Assembly: GCA_027452085.1 (NCBI GenBank)
Contig: DAIDHG010000004.1
Location: forward strand, 12,022-30,894
Reading direction: 5' to 3'
Origin: a bacterium
GTDB taxonomy: Bacteria; Babelota; Babeliae; Babelales; JABCYS01
Length of the DNA stretch: 18,873 bases
Shown here: positions 17,406 through 18,873 of the stretch, one piece after another
How the letters are laid out: each line of letters begins with the position of its first letter
Numbering within the stretch: position 1 is the stretch's first letter
Notes under the pieces: model-generated
Told to the model about the DNA's origin: nothing
The model's database searches: none
Seen by the model: only the letters and a program-made list of their open reading frames with translations
Translations under genes and position numbers: made by a program

Positions 17406-17530
17406 GGCTTGCGACCTATCCTTCGATCCTTCGAGGGGCCTCAGCAGTAAACTCTTCGACAGCTTGTTTTGAAAAAGGACGTTTACGGCTAAGCTTGTCG
17501 AAGCCTCAGGACGAACGATCGCAGGAGTCA
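17406..17530. repeat. Palindromic REP/RPE-like intergenic element
   Basis: CTTCGACAGCTT (17454-17465) inverted to AAGCTTGTCGAAG (17491-17503); tandem TCCTTCGA x2 (17419-17434); direct GCCTCAG (17438-17444, 17503-17509); CTCAGGACGAACG end. Confidence 0.7.
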
Positions 17531-17555
17531 CACTAAAATTTACCGAGTGAAAACT

Positions 17556-18083
17556 ATGGTTGGTCACCCTATCAAGCGAATCATGATTTTCGGCAGGCCA
17601 GGCAGCGGAAAAACTACATTTGCCCTTGAGCTGGCTCAATGTTTGCATTTGCCACTGCACCATCTCGATAAATATTCATGGCAAGCAGATTGGGTAGAGC
17701 GACCGTATGACGAATTTATGCGCATGCAAGAGCAGCTTGTTGCGCAGGAAAAATGGATCATTGATGGCAATCATCCGTGGACATTCGATGTGCGGTATAG
17801 CAAAGCCGATGTTGCGATATATTTTGATTATCCGCGCTATCTTTGTCTCTGGCGATTAATAAAACGGTATTTTACTAAGGATCGTACGATTGCTGATCGA
17901 GCAAAAGGATGCCCTGAACGCATCAGCAAAATGCTCTTAAAATACATGTGGCATTTTCAGCGGTATGTTGATGAATATATCCCCCCACTCCGAAAGCAAT
18001 ATCCGCAGGTTCACTATTATATTGTTCATAATGATGAGGAAGCGGCAACATTGCTCAAAAAAATCTGCAAAAAGGAAATGTAA
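17556..18083 (+). CDS. FlaR-like topology modulation protein / adenylate-kinase-like P-loop protein
   Basis: KRIMIFGRPGSGKTT, LPLHHLD...W...W, WIIDGN, R...AD..IYFDYP...CLWR..KR, R..GCPER; start ATG 17556 or GTG 17547. Confidence 0.88.
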   Translation: MVGHPIKRIMIFGRPGSGKTTFALELAQCLHLPLHHLDKYSWQADWVERPYDEFMRMQEQLVAQEKWIIDGNHPWTFDVRYSKADVAIYFDYPRYLCLWRLIKRYFTKDRTIADRAKGCPERISKMLLKYMWHFQRYVDEYIPPLRKQYPQVHYYIVHNDEEAATLLKKICKKEM

Positions 18084-18087
18084 AAAC

Positions 18088-18681
18088 ATGAAATCGGAAA
18101 GAATTAAGCTGAATCGCACTATTTCCGTTGAGGATTTTCTCAGCTTTTATTGGCTAAAAAAAGAGCTACACAAGTTTTGTAGTGACAATGGGTTGTCTAC
18201 GGCCGGCTCTAAACATGAGATACAAGATAGAATTGCACAATTTCTACGCACTGGCACCATCAAAAAACCGAAGCAAACTTCTCCGCCTAAGAAGCAAAGC
18301 TCTGTAATATTATCATTGAATGCGGTCATCCCATCGGGATTTACCTGCACGCGCGAGGCACGCAATTTCTTCATTGAGCACGCGGGCAACGATTTTAAAT
18401 ATACCGTTCTATTGCAGCGCTATCTCAAAGCGCATCCAGGGATTACCTTTGGACAACTCATTGATGAGTGGAAACGACTGACCGCGCAAAAAAAAGCTGG
18501 GCTGAAAACAGAAATAGACAGCCAATTCGAATACAATCAGTTTACGCGGGATTTCTTTGCAGATCCGACCAATCAAGGCAAAACACGCGCAGACTGCATT
18601 GCAGCCTGGCGTACGGCACGCAATCGGCGTGGTGCACACACATACGTGGCATATAAAAAAGATGAGCCAGGCACACAATGA
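18088..18681 (+). CDS. SAP-domain/DUF6434-type conserved protein
   Basis: F..FYWLK.EL..FC...GL...GSK.EI..RI..FL.TG, C....R.FF....G..FK, I.SQFEYNQF.RDFFAD; ATG 18088 after AAGGA. Confidence 0.85.
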   Translation: MKSERIKLNRTISVEDFLSFYWLKKELHKFCSDNGLSTAGSKHEIQDRIAQFLRTGTIKKPKQTSPPKKQSSVILSLNAVIPSGFTCTREARNFFIEHAGNDFKYTVLLQRYLKAHPGITFGQLIDEWKRLTAQKKAGLKTEIDSQFEYNQFTRDFFADPTNQGKTRADCIAAWRTARNRRGAHTYVAYKKDEPGTQ

Positions 18682-18710
18682 CCAGCCGAGGTCTTTAATC
18701 TCAAGCAACA

Positions 18711-18873
18711 TTACCGAGGCTTACATCCCCAGGGATGATGGCAGCATTGATCTTCACTTTCACAGTTATCCTGCTTTCTCACCCAAATATTTTCATCCGG
18801 CCGTTCACCAAAATGTTGTTGGTAGGCTGCGGCAAATTCATTATAAGCACGCTCGCTTTGTTCTTTGGATAGA
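18711..18873 (-). CDS. 3' end of a minus-strand gene, possibly glycine-rich domain-containing protein-like (DUF1399-type); start lies outside the window
   Basis: Reads LSKEQSERAYNEFAAAYQQHFGERPDENIWVRKQDNCESEDQCCHHPWGCKPR-stop; Y...FGE.P...IW motif; not in the supplied ORF track. Confidence 0.6.
   Translation of the reverse strand, partial: LSKEQSERAYNEFAAAYQQHFGERPDENIWVRKQDNCESEDQCCHHPWGCKPR

Noticed and set aside
17419..17509. CRISPR mini-array
   Set aside because: Repeats are 7-13 bp and mostly inverted, with no regular spacers and no cas genes
480..18711. Numerous 60-140 aa antisense or alternate-frame ORFs in the track
   Set aside because: Shadow ORFs inside well-supported genes or repeats, without motifs
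18680..18873. Open plus-strand frame at the window end
   Set aside because: No convincing start or RBS; the minus-strand frame carries a recognisable motif

Overview
Gene-dense, mostly plus-strand bacterial chromosomal region with about 18 coding units. The gene mix (two Npt1/Npt2-type TLC nucleotide transporters, a signal-peptide-bearing MutS domain-V protein, two AAA_14/DUF4143-type ATPases, several secreted proteins) points to a host-dependent intracellular bacterium, most plausibly Ca. Dependentiae/Babeliae (TM6); this is inference, not a database result. Also present are EamA, an ABC-F ATPase, a secreted PhyH-family dioxygenase, a Pmp-like beta-helix protein, a doubly frameshifted NUDIX pseudogene next to an intact NUDIX gene, a MazG-like pyrophosphohydrolase, a FlaR-like P-loop kinase and a SAP/DUF6434-type protein. 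I found no rRNA, tRNA, CRISPR array or intact transposase. Best leads: (1) a repeat protein at 14963-16576 with two tandem signal-like segments and a GPI-signal-like C-terminus; (2) an orphan structured non-coding segment at about 16816-16874 resembling an IS110-family non-coding end; (3) a 15/17-bp operator-like palindrome over the first ATPase promoter; (4) a nested palindromic element at 17406-17530. All family calls come from motif recognition by eye.
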